Notes under the pieces: generated by a model
The model's input: the letters and a program-made list of their open reading frames with translations, nothing else
The model's database searches: none
Told to the model about the DNA's origin: nothing
From: a virus
Lineage: Duplodnaviria > Caudoviricetes
Length of the DNA: 59,854 nt
IMG/VR virus record: IMGVR_UViG_3300038470_000079
Location: 1-59,854 of that record
Strand: one strand, 5' to 3'
Position numbers and translations under genes: made by a program
Part shown: one piece after another, positions 8,747-17,672 of the stretch
How positions within the stretch are numbered: the stretch's first letter is position 1
Layout of the letters: every line of letters begins with the position of its first letter

Positions 8747-9135
8747 ACGCTTACAACGTGGAAGCACTGCGCACGTCGATCCAAGTCCTGCAGATTGCAG
8801 CCTTCAGCGCCAGCTACGACGCCGGCTGGTGGACCCAGCCTGATGGTACCGACGTGCGCGACAACCCGTACTGTTTCGGTCTCCACTGTGGGCTGATCCA
8901 CACCGAGATCAGCGAAGCCATGGAAGGCGATCGCACCGACGCGATGGACAAGCATCTACCGCATCGGCCGTCACGCGAAGTGGAACTCGCCGACGCATTC
9001 AGCCGCATTCTGCTTCTGGCCGGCGCCTACAACCTGGATCTCGCCGGTGCCTTCATCGAGAAGGCCGAGTACAACCTGCGGCGCGCCGACCACAAGCGGG
9101 AAGCTCGCGCCGGTGCGAACGGGAAGAAGTACTAA
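8743..9135 (+). CDS. MazG-like NTP pyrophosphohydrolase
   Basis: LIHTEISEAMEG...EVELADA..R...K.EYN..R.DH. Confidence 0.8.
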   Translation: MNAYNVEALRTSIQVLQIAAFSASYDAGWWTQPDGTDVRDNPYCFGLHCGLIHTEISEAMEGDRTDAMDKHLPHRPSREVELADAFSRILLLAGAYNLDLAGAFIEKAEYNLRRADHKREARAGANGKKY

Positions 9136-9141
9136 AACCCG

Positions 9142-9171
9142 TTGACCTGAAACTGCAGCAAATGCTACAGT
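9142..9171 (+). promoter_or_regulatory. Sigma70-like promoter overlapping a 16-bp palindromic operator (9154-9169)
   Basis: TTGACC-N18-TACAGT, 6 nt before ATG 9178. TGCAGCAAATGCTACA is the exact reverse complement of 57554-57569. Confidence 0.6.
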
Positions 9172-9177
9172 AGACCG

Positions 9178-9663
9178 ATGTCTTTGACTCACATCCGGCT
9201 GCGGCAAGTGCTTCGGTACAACCGTCGCACCGGAGTGTTTACGTGGATCGAGTCCGCGCCAGGCCGAAAATTAGGGCGGCGGGCGGGGTCTTCAGCGGGC
9301 AAAAACTGGTACCGCCAGATCGTGATCGATCGCGAAACGTATTTGGAGCACCGTTTAGCGTGGTTCTATGTGACGGGCCGTTGGCCCATTCACCAGGTGG
9401 ACCACAAAAACCGAATCAAGCACGACAACAGGTGGCGTAATCTCCGGTCTGCAACGCAGAAGCAAAATGCTGAAAACGTGAACGTGAGGCGCCATAGCGG
9501 TTCTGGGGTGAAGGGCGTGCATTGGGACTCATCCCGCCAGAAGTGGCAAGCCTACATCGGGCACCGGCACCAACGGCTCCACCTCGGCCGATTTGCGTCG
9601 TTAAAAGCCGCCGTAGCGGCTCGTAAACGGGCCGAGCAACGTTTGTTCACGCACGCAAACTGA
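9178..9663 (+). CDS. HNH homing endonuclease with AP2 domain
   Basis: HRLAW.Y...VDHKNRIKHDNRWRNLR...SGVKGV...W.A.I...LGRF. Lower GC than its neighbours. Confidence 0.9.
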   Translation: MSLTHIRLRQVLRYNRRTGVFTWIESAPGRKLGRRAGSSAGKNWYRQIVIDRETYLEHRLAWFYVTGRWPIHQVDHKNRIKHDNRWRNLRSATQKQNAENVNVRRHSGSGVKGVHWDSSRQKWQAYIGHRHQRLHLGRFASLKAAVAARKRAEQRLFTHAN

Positions 9664-9664
9664 G

Positions 9665-10264
9665 ATGAAAAACTGGTCTGACAAACCCTGCGTAATCCTA
9701 GCCTCCGGTCCAGGCTTAACGGATGCCCAGTGCTACCGCGCTCGTGTTGCGGCGGCAGCCACCCACAGTATCGTAGTGAACGACACGTGGAGGAGGTTTC
9801 CCGATGCGGAGGTGATGTACGCGGGTGACTTCATGTACTACAAGGTCCACCATAAGAAGGTGAAAGTCCACTTTCACGGGCAGCTGTGGACGCAAGATGC
9901 CGCCGCTGCGGCCCGCTACGGTATCAACCGCGTGAAGGGCGCCAACCGACCGGGTCTGGGCCCTGAAGGCATGATCCACACGGGCGGCAACTCGGGGTAC
10001 CAGGCCATCAACCTCGCGTACCTGTGGGGCGCGAAGAAGATCATCCTGCTCGGCTTCACGATGCGCGAGATCGATGGCAAGAAGCATTGGCACGAAGACC
10101 ACCCCAAGCCGCTGGTCGCACAGATCCTGCCGGACGAGTGGCGGCACAAGATGAAGTTCCTTGCCGATGACCTGAAGGTCAAGGGCGTGGACGTGGTGAA
10201 CTGCGATCCGCTGAGCGCGCTGACGTGCTTCCGGATGTCGACGATCGAACAGGAACTGCCGTGA
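9665..10264 (+). CDS. Putative glycosyltransferase (DUF115/MptE- or GT29-like Rossmann fold)
   Basis: CVILASGPGL...VVND...GGNSGYQAINLAYLWGAKKIILLGF...VVNC. Confidence 0.6.
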   Translation: MKNWSDKPCVILASGPGLTDAQCYRARVAAAATHSIVVNDTWRRFPDAEVMYAGDFMYYKVHHKKVKVHFHGQLWTQDAAAAARYGINRVKGANRPGLGPEGMIHTGGNSGYQAINLAYLWGAKKIILLGFTMREIDGKKHWHEDHPKPLVAQILPDEWRHKMKFLADDLKVKGVDVVNCDPLSALTCFRMSTIEQELP

Positions 10265-10764
10265 GAAAACTCACGCAATCTCGGTTGAAAGAGCTTCTGC
10301 ACTACGACAGGAGGACGGGGCTTTTCACGCGGCGGGTCACCCGCGGTAACGCAGGCAAAGGCACGCTTGTCGGTACGAAAAGCCCGAAGGGGTACTTGAC
10401 CGTCGAAGTCGACGGGCACAACTACCAATTGCACACATTGGCGTGGCTCTACGTGAAGGGGGTTTGGGCTCCCCAGTTAGACCACAAGGACACTGACAAA
10501 CAAAACAACCGAATCGGAAACCTGCGCCCATGCACCACGCAGCAAAATTGCGCAGGCCGGAGCCTCCGTAAAGACAACGCTACCGGGTTCAAAGGCGTAA
10601 GTCGTGTTGGCGACCGCTTCAGGGCCCGTATTCGTGTCGGCTACTTGGCGGTGGATCTGGGCCGCTACCCGACGGCCCGTGCGGCAGCGCAGGCGTACGA
10701 CAAAGCGGCGGTTCTTCACTTCGGTGCCTTTGCTCGCACCAACAAGACAATGGGGCTTTTGTGA
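10261..10764 (+). CDS. HNH homing endonuclease with AP2 domain
   Basis: LTQSRLKELLHYD...LDHKDTDKQNNRIGNLR...GFKGV...AAQAYDKAA...FG.FA. Confidence 0.9.
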   Translation: MRKLTQSRLKELLHYDRRTGLFTRRVTRGNAGKGTLVGTKSPKGYLTVEVDGHNYQLHTLAWLYVKGVWAPQLDHKDTDKQNNRIGNLRPCTTQQNCAGRSLRKDNATGFKGVSRVGDRFRARIRVGYLAVDLGRYPTARAAAQAYDKAAVLHFGAFARTNKTMGLL

Positions 10765-11573
10765 GCGTCGCAATCATCAACATCCGAAAAGAGCCCGTGT
10801 ATCGCCGTGATGCGATTGAGGCGGGCCTGCGTCGGCTCGGTTACGGTTTGACCTCTAAAGGCCACCCGTCCGACAGACTTGATCTGTTATGTCTGTGGAA
10901 TCGCAAACGGGGTGCTGAGGAGCAAGCTGCAGAGGATTGGGAACGTCGCGGAGGCACCGTACTCGTCATGGAGAACGGCTACGCTGGGAAAGACCGCAAC
11001 GGCCTGCAGTTGTACGCCATCAGCGTTGGTCAGCACAACGGCGCCGGTTGGTTCCCTGTCAGCGACGAAAACCGGTTCTCGGCGCTCGGGCTCGAAGTGA
11101 AGCCGTGGGCGGACCGCCCCCACGGCTACGTGCTGGTCTGCGGTCAGCGCGGTATCGGGTCGACCATGATGGCCAGCCCTCCGCAGTGGGCTGAGAAAGT
11201 TGTCAAACGCCTATCGGCGGGTTCCAACATCCAGAAACTGAAGCATCGTCCCCACCCCGGCAACTTTGCTCCGAAGACCCTGCTTACCGACGACCTCAAG
11301 CAGGCTCGGGGCTGCATGATCTGGTCCAGCGCTTCCGGTGTGCGGGCGTTGATCGAAGGCGTGCCCGTTTCTTACGCGGCGCCGCATTGGATCTGCAGTG
11401 CCAGCGCCACGCGGTACACCGGAAAAGACACGGTCATCTTCCTGGCCGATGACGACGCCCGGCAACAGGCCCTGCACCGCATGTCCCACGGTCAGTGGAC
11501 CGTGGACGAGATCGCGTCCGGCGAGCCGTTCAAGCGCATCCTCGACAACCTGGAGATCGCCACGTGGCCCTGA
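10761..11573 (+). CDS. Putative GT-B glycosyltransferase (capsule KpsS/KpsC-like)
   Basis: VLVCGQ...HRPHP...WSSASGVRALIEGVPV...QWTVDEI..G. Confidence 0.6.
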   Translation: MSVAIINIRKEPVYRRDAIEAGLRRLGYGLTSKGHPSDRLDLLCLWNRKRGAEEQAAEDWERRGGTVLVMENGYAGKDRNGLQLYAISVGQHNGAGWFPVSDENRFSALGLEVKPWADRPHGYVLVCGQRGIGSTMMASPPQWAEKVVKRLSAGSNIQKLKHRPHPGNFAPKTLLTDDLKQARGCMIWSSASGVRALIEGVPVSYAAPHWICSASATRYTGKDTVIFLADDDARQQALHRMSHGQWTVDEIASGEPFKRILDNLEIATWP

Positions 11574-12319
11574 CCCCCTACCCCGTGCGCGGCAAGCAGA
11601 AGTCCGTGGACCTCTGCAACGCCTTCGTCGCAGGTGCGAACCGCGTGTGCAAGAACCCAGAAAGCGCGGCCGTCTTCTTCGGCGTCAACGAGTCTAACCT
11701 GGAGACCTGGCGCGACGTGCTGCGCTTCAAGCGGCCGTTCTACTACATCGACAACTCGTTCTTTGACCCGACCCGCGGCACGCACTTCCGGGTCACCAAG
11801 AACAAGATCCAGATCAGCGTCGCGGACCACCGGCCCGACTTCGCGCGCTGGGAGGCCCTGGGCATCGACCTGAAGCCGTGGGTCGACCAAGGGAGTGATC
11901 GGCACGTGGTCGTGTGCCCTCAGTCGAGCACCTTCATGCGCGACATCGTGCGTTACCCCGGCGACTGGCTGAAGCAGACCTTGGCCGGTCTGAACGAGTT
12001 CTACCCTCACCGGCGGGTGGTCGTGCGCGAGTGGACCTCGAACAAGATCACCGCGTCGCGAACCCTGCCGCAGGATCTGGAGAACGCGGTGGCCCTGGTC
12101 ACGCACACGTCGATGGCCGCCGTCACAGCACTCGTCCACGGCGTGCGGGTGAAGGTGTCCGGCATGCACGCGGTCTCGTCCGTCCTGCAGCCGCACACGA
12201 TGGCCGGCTCCGGCGCCTGGGAGGGCGACCGGCGGCATGTGCTAGCCACGCTGGCCGGTGCACAATGGACAATCGAGGAATTGCGGAGGGGTGACGCATG
12301 GTCGTACCTAAACTCGTGA
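11564..12319 (+). CDS. Putative GT-B glycosyltransferase, paralog of the preceding gene
   Basis: YYIDNSFF...LKPW...VVVCPQ...HTSMAAVTALVHGV.V...QWTIEEL..G. Confidence 0.6.
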   Translation: MALTPYPVRGKQKSVDLCNAFVAGANRVCKNPESAAVFFGVNESNLETWRDVLRFKRPFYYIDNSFFDPTRGTHFRVTKNKIQISVADHRPDFARWEALGIDLKPWVDQGSDRHVVVCPQSSTFMRDIVRYPGDWLKQTLAGLNEFYPHRRVVVREWTSNKITASRTLPQDLENAVALVTHTSMAAVTALVHGVRVKVSGMHAVSSVLQPHTMAGSGAWEGDRRHVLATLAGAQWTIEELRRGDAWSYLNS

Positions 12320-12864
12320 GGGGATGGTTCAGCACTCCGGGTCGCCCTGGCGACCGCACGCTGGACCAGCAGCTGGGTGGCCTGGACTGGCTCATGGCGA
12401 ACTGCACCGGTCGCAGCGTCCTGGACGTGGGCTGCGCCGAAGGCCTTATCTCGATCGAGATGGCCAAGCGCGGCGCAGTCGCAGTGCACGGCATCGAAAT
12501 CATCGCCGAGCACGTAACCGTGGGCAACAAGCTGCGCGGCGAACTGCCGATCTGCTTCGAGGTGGCCAACGCCAACACGTGGCGGCCCAAGCGTCAGTAC
12601 GACATCGTCGTGATGTTGGCCCTGCTGCACAAGCTGAAGAATCCGACCGAGGGCTGCCACTACCTGGCCGCCGCGGCGCGGCAGGCCGTGGTGATGCGCC
12701 TGCCGCCGACCTACGCGCCGACGATCATCGATGAGCGTTCGGACTACAACCCCCACCACATGGACAAGGTGATGCTGGGCCTGGGGTTCGAACTGGAGAC
12801 CGAGAACTACCACGGTCACAAGGGCGAGTGGGTGGGCGTGTGGGTGCGCAAGGAGCAACCGTGA
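12298..12864 (+). CDS. Class I SAM-dependent methyltransferase
   Basis: VLDVGCAEG...GIE...YDIVVMLALLHKL. Confidence 0.85.
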   Translation: MVVPKLVRGWFSTPGRPGDRTLDQQLGGLDWLMANCTGRSVLDVGCAEGLISIEMAKRGAVAVHGIEIIAEHVTVGNKLRGELPICFEVANANTWRPKRQYDIVVMLALLHKLKNPTEGCHYLAAAARQAVVMRLPPTYAPTIIDERSDYNPHHMDKVMLGLGFELETENYHGHKGEWVGVWVRKEQP

Positions 12865-13403
12865 CCGATCTGATCGACCGCTACAAGCAGATGGCCGCCG
12901 GTGGCAGCCAGTTCCACGGTCTCACGGTTCTGGACCACGTCAAGAGTATCGGACGGTTGGCCCGCGCGGTCGGCGCCACTTCGATGCTCGACTACGGCTG
13001 CGGGCGGGGCGATGCCTATCGTTCGCCGCACAAGCTGCACCACCAGCTGGGCATCAAGCGTGCGAACGTGCGGCTCTACGACCCGTCGTTTCCGGCGCAC
13101 AGCGAGTTCCCGCTGGGCGACTGGGACCTCGTGATCTGCTCTGACGTGCTGGAGCACGTGCCCGAGGACGAGGTGGACTGGTTGCTGGGTACGCTTTTCC
13201 GGTGCGCCCGCAAGGCCGTGTGGATGTCGGTGTGCTGCCGGCCGGCCAAGAAGACCTTCCCGGGCACCGACATCAATCTGCACGTGACCGTGCGGCCGTT
13301 CGACTGGTGGAAAGAAAAGGTCGAAGCGATGTGGCGCGCCGAGATGAGCCCTGAAGGCGGCGAGGCCCGCCAGATCGACTACAACCTGGTGGAGACCAAG
13401 TAG
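12861..13403 (+). CDS. Class I SAM-dependent methyltransferase
   Basis: MLDYGCGRG...YDP...DLVICSDVLEHVPE...NLHVTV...WW. Confidence 0.85.
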   Translation: MTDLIDRYKQMAAGGSQFHGLTVLDHVKSIGRLARAVGATSMLDYGCGRGDAYRSPHKLHHQLGIKRANVRLYDPSFPAHSEFPLGDWDLVICSDVLEHVPEDEVDWLLGTLFRCARKAVWMSVCCRPAKKTFPGTDINLHVTVRPFDWWKEKVEAMWRAEMSPEGGEARQIDYNLVETK

Positions 13404-14180
13404 GTGGGCATGGGCGACGAGCTGATGGCCGCGGGCGAAGCCCGGCGCCGCTTCGCCGAGAACGGCCGGCCCGCGATCATCGTCAGCGGCCGCGATGGCC
13501 GGGCCCGCTGGTCCGACCTCTGGCAGGGCCTGCCCTACATCCTGAAGCGCCCCAACGGCCGGCCGTTCAACCGTATCGTGAGCGGTGGCGGTGTGCGGCC
13601 GTACATTGCTGCGAAGGCGGCTGACAGGTGGACCTGGAAGCCGTACGTGCCTCACCCGGCCGAGATCGTCTTCACCGAGGCCGAACGCCAGTTCGCGAAG
13701 CCGTACCGCGGTATGGTGATGATCGAGCCCAACGTGAAGGACGTGGGTCACACCAACAAGGCGTGGACGTGGCGAAACTGGCAGCATTTGGTGGTCGATG
13801 TTCCGGTTCACGAGGCGAAGTGGGTGCAAGCCGTTGCAAGTCGAAAGACGCCCCACCTTGCCGGGGCGTTTCCGGTTGACACCCCCACCTTCCGCCACGC
13901 CCTGGCCGTGCTGTCCGTCTGCCGCGCCTTCGTCGGTACCGAGGGCGGCATGATGCATGGCGCTGCGGCGGTGGGCACGCCGGCCGTGATCCTGTGGTCC
14001 GAGTTCATCTCGCCCGAGATCACGGGCTACGCGATGCACCGGAACATTCGCCACGCCGGCAAGCCTTGCGGCATGCGCACGAACTGCCCTGGCTGCCGCC
14101 AGTCGATGGACGCGATCACCGTTGAAGAGGTGGTCAAGAATCTGAAGGAGGTGCTCGATGAACGCGCGCGTGAAGTTTGA
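13404..14180 (+). CDS. GT9-like (heptosyltransferase fold) glycosyltransferase
   Basis: GMGDELM...FVGTEGGMMHGAAAVGTPAVILW...PCG...C..C...MDAITVEEV. Confidence 0.8.
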   Translation: MGMGDELMAAGEARRRFAENGRPAIIVSGRDGRARWSDLWQGLPYILKRPNGRPFNRIVSGGGVRPYIAAKAADRWTWKPYVPHPAEIVFTEAERQFAKPYRGMVMIEPNVKDVGHTNKAWTWRNWQHLVVDVPVHEAKWVQAVASRKTPHLAGAFPVDTPTFRHALAVLSVCRAFVGTEGGMMHGAAAVGTPAVILWSEFISPEITGYAMHRNIRHAGKPCGMRTNCPGCRQSMDAITVEEVVKNLKEVLDERAREV

Positions 14181-14829
14181 ACAAGGCTGGTGGTGGCCTC
14201 ACCACGAAGAGCACATGCTCGCGTGGATGAAGAGCCCGAAGAACAAGTTCGTCATGAACGGCCGTGCCACGTACCAGGGCGTCAAGCAGTTCGCGGTGCT
14301 CAAGCACTGCAAGCGGTTCCGTACCGTCATCGACGTGGGCGGCCACGTGGGCCTGTGGTCCTGGAACTTCATGCACAAGTTCCAGCACGTACACGCCTTC
14401 GAGCCGGTGGAACTGCACCGCGCCTGCTTCAGCAAGAACGTGCTGGACCACAAGGGCGACCGCGATGTCAAGCTGTACGCTGTGGCCCTGGGCGACACCA
14501 CCGGATCGGTGGACATCTGGACCGAACAGGGCAGCAGCGGCAACTCCTTCGTGAAAGGTGATGGCAACATCCCGCTGCGCACCCTCGACTCCTTCGGTTT
14601 CACCGATGTCGACCTGATCAAGATCGACTGCGAAGGCTTCGAGGAGAAGGTTCTGCGTGGTGCGATCGAGACGGTGCGGGCCAACCGGCCAACGGTGATC
14701 GTCGAGCAGAAGCGCGACATGGCTGCCCGCTTCGGGCTGGAACTCCTCGGTGCCGTGAAGGTGCTGAAAGACGAAGGCTACAAGGTGGTCGAGGAGATCA
14801 GCGGCGACTACATCATGGTGCCGATGTGA
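14158..14829 (+). CDS. FkbM-family methyltransferase
   Basis: IDVGGHVGLW...AFEP...LDSF...IKIDCEGFE..VL.GA...P.VIVE. Confidence 0.9.
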   Translation: MNARVKFEQGWWWPHHEEHMLAWMKSPKNKFVMNGRATYQGVKQFAVLKHCKRFRTVIDVGGHVGLWSWNFMHKFQHVHAFEPVELHRACFSKNVLDHKGDRDVKLYAVALGDTTGSVDIWTEQGSSGNSFVKGDGNIPLRTLDSFGFTDVDLIKIDCEGFEEKVLRGAIETVRANRPTVIVEQKRDMAARFGLELLGAVKVLKDEGYKVVEEISGDYIMVPM

Positions 14830-15083
14830 GTTGCGGATCGCACCCGAATCAATCGAAGAAGGACGCAGAATGGTCGCGGAGGCTGCAAGGACTCCCACCG
14901 TGTAAACGCTGTACGTACGTGGGGCGGGTGCTTCTCTGCACACTGATATGCGACAGATGCTGCGGTGATTGGCGCGTCCTGAACCGCGGTTGCGTGAAAC
15001 CGTTTCTCCATGCGTTCGACCATCGTTTACTGCCGCGAGTGCTACCGAAAGCACCAGCGCCTCACCAGGAGAGAAGGCGATGA
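14826..15083 (+). CDS. Cys-rich hypothetical protein (reading frame uncertain)
   Basis: Overlaps both neighbours and has CxxC motifs. Another CxxC lies in an alternative frame. Confidence 0.35.
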   Translation: MSCGSHPNQSKKDAEWSRRLQGLPPCKRCTYVGRVLLCTLICDRCCGDWRVLNRGCVKPFLHAFDHRLLPRVLPKAPAPHQERRR

Positions 15084-15769
15084 AGGTCTACATCGGTTAC
15101 GACGAACGCGAGGCCCGCGCAGCCGAGGTGGCGGCCAAGACGCTGCGCCAGGTGAGCGGGCTCGATGCCGAGTTCATCTGCGCCGACAAGCTGGCCGCGC
15201 ACGGCCTGCTCAACCGGATCAGCGACCACCGGGACGGGCAGGACTACGACCTGGTCTCGAACCACAAAAAGAGCACCCGGTTCGCTGTTTCACGGTTCCT
15301 GACCCCGGTGCTGTGCCAGCACGGCGTGGCGCTCTTCGTCGACTGCGACGTGGTCTTCTTGCGCGACCCGCGCGAGATGCTCCTCAACCTCGAAGGCCGA
15401 CTCGGCGCTGTGGCGGTCGTGAAGCACGACTACAGCACCGTGGCGCAGTGGAAGATGGTGAACCAGCAGAACACCAACTACCCGCGCAAGAACTGGTCGT
15501 CGGTGATGCTGTTCAACTGCGACCATCCGTCGCATCGACGCCTCACGCTCTGGGACATCAACAACCGGCCTGGGCGTGATCTGCACCGCTTCTACTGGCT
15601 CGACGACGCCGAGATCGGTGACCTGGATCCGAAGTGGAACTGGTTGGTCGGCGAGCAGCCGCAACCGGCCGACGTGGGCATCGCGCACTTCACGCTGGGC
15701 GGCCCGTGGCTGTTCGGGTGGCATGGCGCGCCACACGACGACATCTGGCGTGCTGCGGAGGCATCATGA
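15080..15769 (+). CDS. GT-A glycosyltransferase (GT8-like)
   Basis: KVYIGYD.RE...STRF..SRFL.P...FVDCD (DxD)...YPRKNWSSVML...WNWLVG...HFTLGGPW. Confidence 0.85.
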   Translation: MKVYIGYDEREARAAEVAAKTLRQVSGLDAEFICADKLAAHGLLNRISDHRDGQDYDLVSNHKKSTRFAVSRFLTPVLCQHGVALFVDCDVVFLRDPREMLLNLEGRLGAVAVVKHDYSTVAQWKMVNQQNTNYPRKNWSSVMLFNCDHPSHRRLTLWDINNRPGRDLHRFYWLDDAEIGDLDPKWNWLVGEQPQPADVGIAHFTLGGPWLFGWHGAPHDDIWRAAEAS

Positions 15770-16227
15770 ACGATCCTGTCATCTACGAAGACGCATTCAA
15801 CCTGTTCTGTGGCGCGAAGATCGGTGAAGGCATCAGCCGCACGGTATTCGCCTGCCGGATCGACCCGACCATCGTCATCAAGGTGGAGGACAGCGTCTCG
15901 TACCGTCAGAACGTCATCGAGTGGGAGATCTGGCAGCGCGCCATTGGCACCCCCGCGTCCCGATGGCTTGCGCAGTGCAAGTGGATCAGCCCCAACGGCA
16001 AGGTGCTCATCATGGAGCGCACACGGCCGCCACTAGAAGCGGAGCTACCGAAGCGCGTGCCGGTGTATTTGACCGACCTAAAGCGGACCAACTACGGCAT
16101 GGCCAAGACCAACAAGGCCAAGGAATACTTGGTGTGCCACGACTACGGTACCAGCCTGATCTTCGAGAAGGGCCTTGAAACAAAAGCGTTCAAGAAGGCT
16201 GACTGGTGGAGTGTGGAAAGGTCGTGA
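15766..16227 (+). CDS. Minimal protein-kinase-like fold protein
   Basis: IGEGISRTVF (Gly loop), VIKV, N..E, LIMER, DLKRTNYG, HDYG. Confidence 0.6.
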   Translation: MNDPVIYEDAFNLFCGAKIGEGISRTVFACRIDPTIVIKVEDSVSYRQNVIEWEIWQRAIGTPASRWLAQCKWISPNGKVLIMERTRPPLEAELPKRVPVYLTDLKRTNYGMAKTNKAKEYLVCHDYGTSLIFEKGLETKAFKKADWWSVERS

Positions 16228-16418
16228 AAACTACCGAGCCCCATGCTCACGCGATGCTGCGGCTGCTCGATGAGCTGCGCCGGCAGGTCGAGCATGGCCA
16301 GGTGATCGACCTCTTCATCGCGACCAAGGCCCCGGACGGGACCACCCGGCCCTACTGGCCGATCGAGCGCGGCCAGGCTTGCACGACCTCGTCGTGCCGG
16401 CGGGCGCAGTCCAGGTAG
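16224..16418 (+). CDS. Hypothetical protein
   Basis: GTGA overlap with the upstream gene; last + strand gene before the convergent lysis genes. Confidence 0.4.
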   Translation: MKTTEPHAHAMLRLLDELRRQVEHGQVIDLFIATKAPDGTTRPYWPIERGQACTTSSCRRAQSR

Positions 16419-16603
16419 AGCGCCACCACCTCACGGCTCCAGCGCAGCTGATCCGCCTTGCTGCTACCGGCCGGCGCTGGAAACGCTGGGCAGCGCTGGG
16501 CCAAGTCCGCGGCGAGCGTTGGCGCTTTCGATGTCGTCGGCCAGGAGCCGCATGCCGTCATCATCCAGGCACTGCTCGCGATACACAGGCTTCTCCAGAA
16601 CAC
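16352..16603 (-). CDS. o-spanin (Rz1-like lipoprotein)
   Basis: Lipobox-like MTAC, Pro-rich, Y.DCARRH. Overlaps the i-spanin in another frame. Confidence 0.7.
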   Translation of the reverse strand: MFWRSLCIASSAWMMTACGSWPTTSKAPTLAADLAQRCPAFPAPAGSSKADQLRWSREVVALYLDCARRHDEVVQAWPRSIGQ

Positions 16604-16826
16604 GCTCCACCTCCTTGGTCACCACGCGCTCGCGCACCTGGATCTCGGCCACGCCGGCCTGGTAGCGCGTGCTGGCCTCGTGAACGCCGCGCTGCTGGCC
16701 CTCCAGCTGCAGCGCCGCGGCGCGCTCACCGCGAGCCCGCTCGCTGTCGGCTTTCCAGCTGTGCACCGTCCAGCCAGCACCGAAGCCGACCAGCACCGCC
16801 GCGCCACCCACGTAGGCCCAGATCAT
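16464..16826 (-). CDS. i-spanin (Rz-like)
   Basis: N-terminal TM (MIWAYVGG...GWTVHSW), coiled coil, KEVERV...PVY...C. Confidence 0.75.
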   Translation of the reverse strand: MIWAYVGGAAVLVGFGAGWTVHSWKADSERARGERAAALQLEGQQRGVHEASTRYQAGVAEIQVRERVVTKEVERVLEKPVYREQCLDDDGMRLLADDIESANARRGLGPALPSVSSAGR

Positions 16827-17437
16827 CGGGAAAGCACCCGCAGTGCGTCGTCGAACCGGCTGCGCCGGTCCTCGGCGCCAGCCATCGCCGCACCGTTGAT
16901 CTTGCGCGTGATCGCGTCGATCTGGGAACTGTCGGCCAGGACGTTCATGCCAGCCGCGGACCAGAACCAGCCGGAGGTGAGCACCGCGATCGTCGGCTCG
17001 GCCACGCGATCGGGGTAGGCCTTCAGGTCGATGCCCAACGCCTCGCCGGCGGCCATGTAGTTGGCCCGGCCGGTGAGCTGGAAGAGGCCGCGGCCGCGGT
17101 AGCGCCAGCCGTCCCCGCTGGCCTCGTCGGCGTTGCCGTTGCGGTTGGCGTAGACCCGGTTGGCCAAGGCCTCGGGGTTGCGCAGCAGCGGCAGCGCGTC
17201 GGCGATCGTGGGTACCGCCCGGAACATGCGCACGATGCGTTCCGGGGTGGTGTACATGAGGTTCTCTTCCAGGCGCGTGAAGTTGGTGGACTCGTGCGCC
17301 GCCTGCGCGATGAAGCTGGCCATGCGCGCCGGCGTGTTGATGTCGAAGCGGGTGAAGGTGCTGTTGATCGGGTCGATGAACAGCCGGGCCTGACTGGGCC
17401 CGACTCCGCATGCGATGAGCTGGGCCAGGGTCAGCAT
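16823..17437 (-). CDS. GH19 endolysin
   Basis: FIAQAAHES...ENL.Y...DGWRYRGRGLFQLTGRANY...ITRKINGA. Confidence 0.93.
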   Translation of the reverse strand: MLTLAQLIACGVGPSQARLFIDPINSTFTRFDINTPARMASFIAQAAHESTNFTRLEENLMYTTPERIVRMFRAVPTIADALPLLRNPEALANRVYANRNGNADEASGDGWRYRGRGLFQLTGRANYMAAGEALGIDLKAYPDRVAEPTIAVLTSGWFWSAAGMNVLADSSQIDAITRKINGAAMAGAEDRRSRFDDALRVLSR

Positions 17438-17444
17438 GGCGGGC

Positions 17445-17672
17445 CTACTCGTGCAGGTCAGGTTGCGCCTTCAGGCGCGCAAACGTCTGGACCAGGACCA
17501 GGATGAGCACCAGAAGCGCACCGCCGTCCGCCTCGAATGGCAGGAGCGAGAGGAGCGCGGCCTGGTCGTCCCGTGGCAGCGCCATGAAAATCGTCGCGAC
17601 GGTGGCCAGGAAGATGTTGACCCGGATGCTGAGAAACTTCCAGGACTGCTTCCAGTCATCGATCAGCTTCAT
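17445..17672 (-). CDS. Putative holin/antiholin
   Basis: MKLIDDWKQSWKFLS, two TM segments, adjacent to the endolysin. Confidence 0.7.
   Translation of the reverse strand: MKLIDDWKQSWKFLSIRVNIFLATVATIFMALPRDDQAALLSLLPFEADGGALLVLILVLVQTFARLKAQPDLHE

Noticed and set aside
7776-9135. 2-aminoadenine (Z) genome pathway
   Set aside because: No PurZ/adenylosuccinate synthetase-like ORF was recognised anywhere in the genome.
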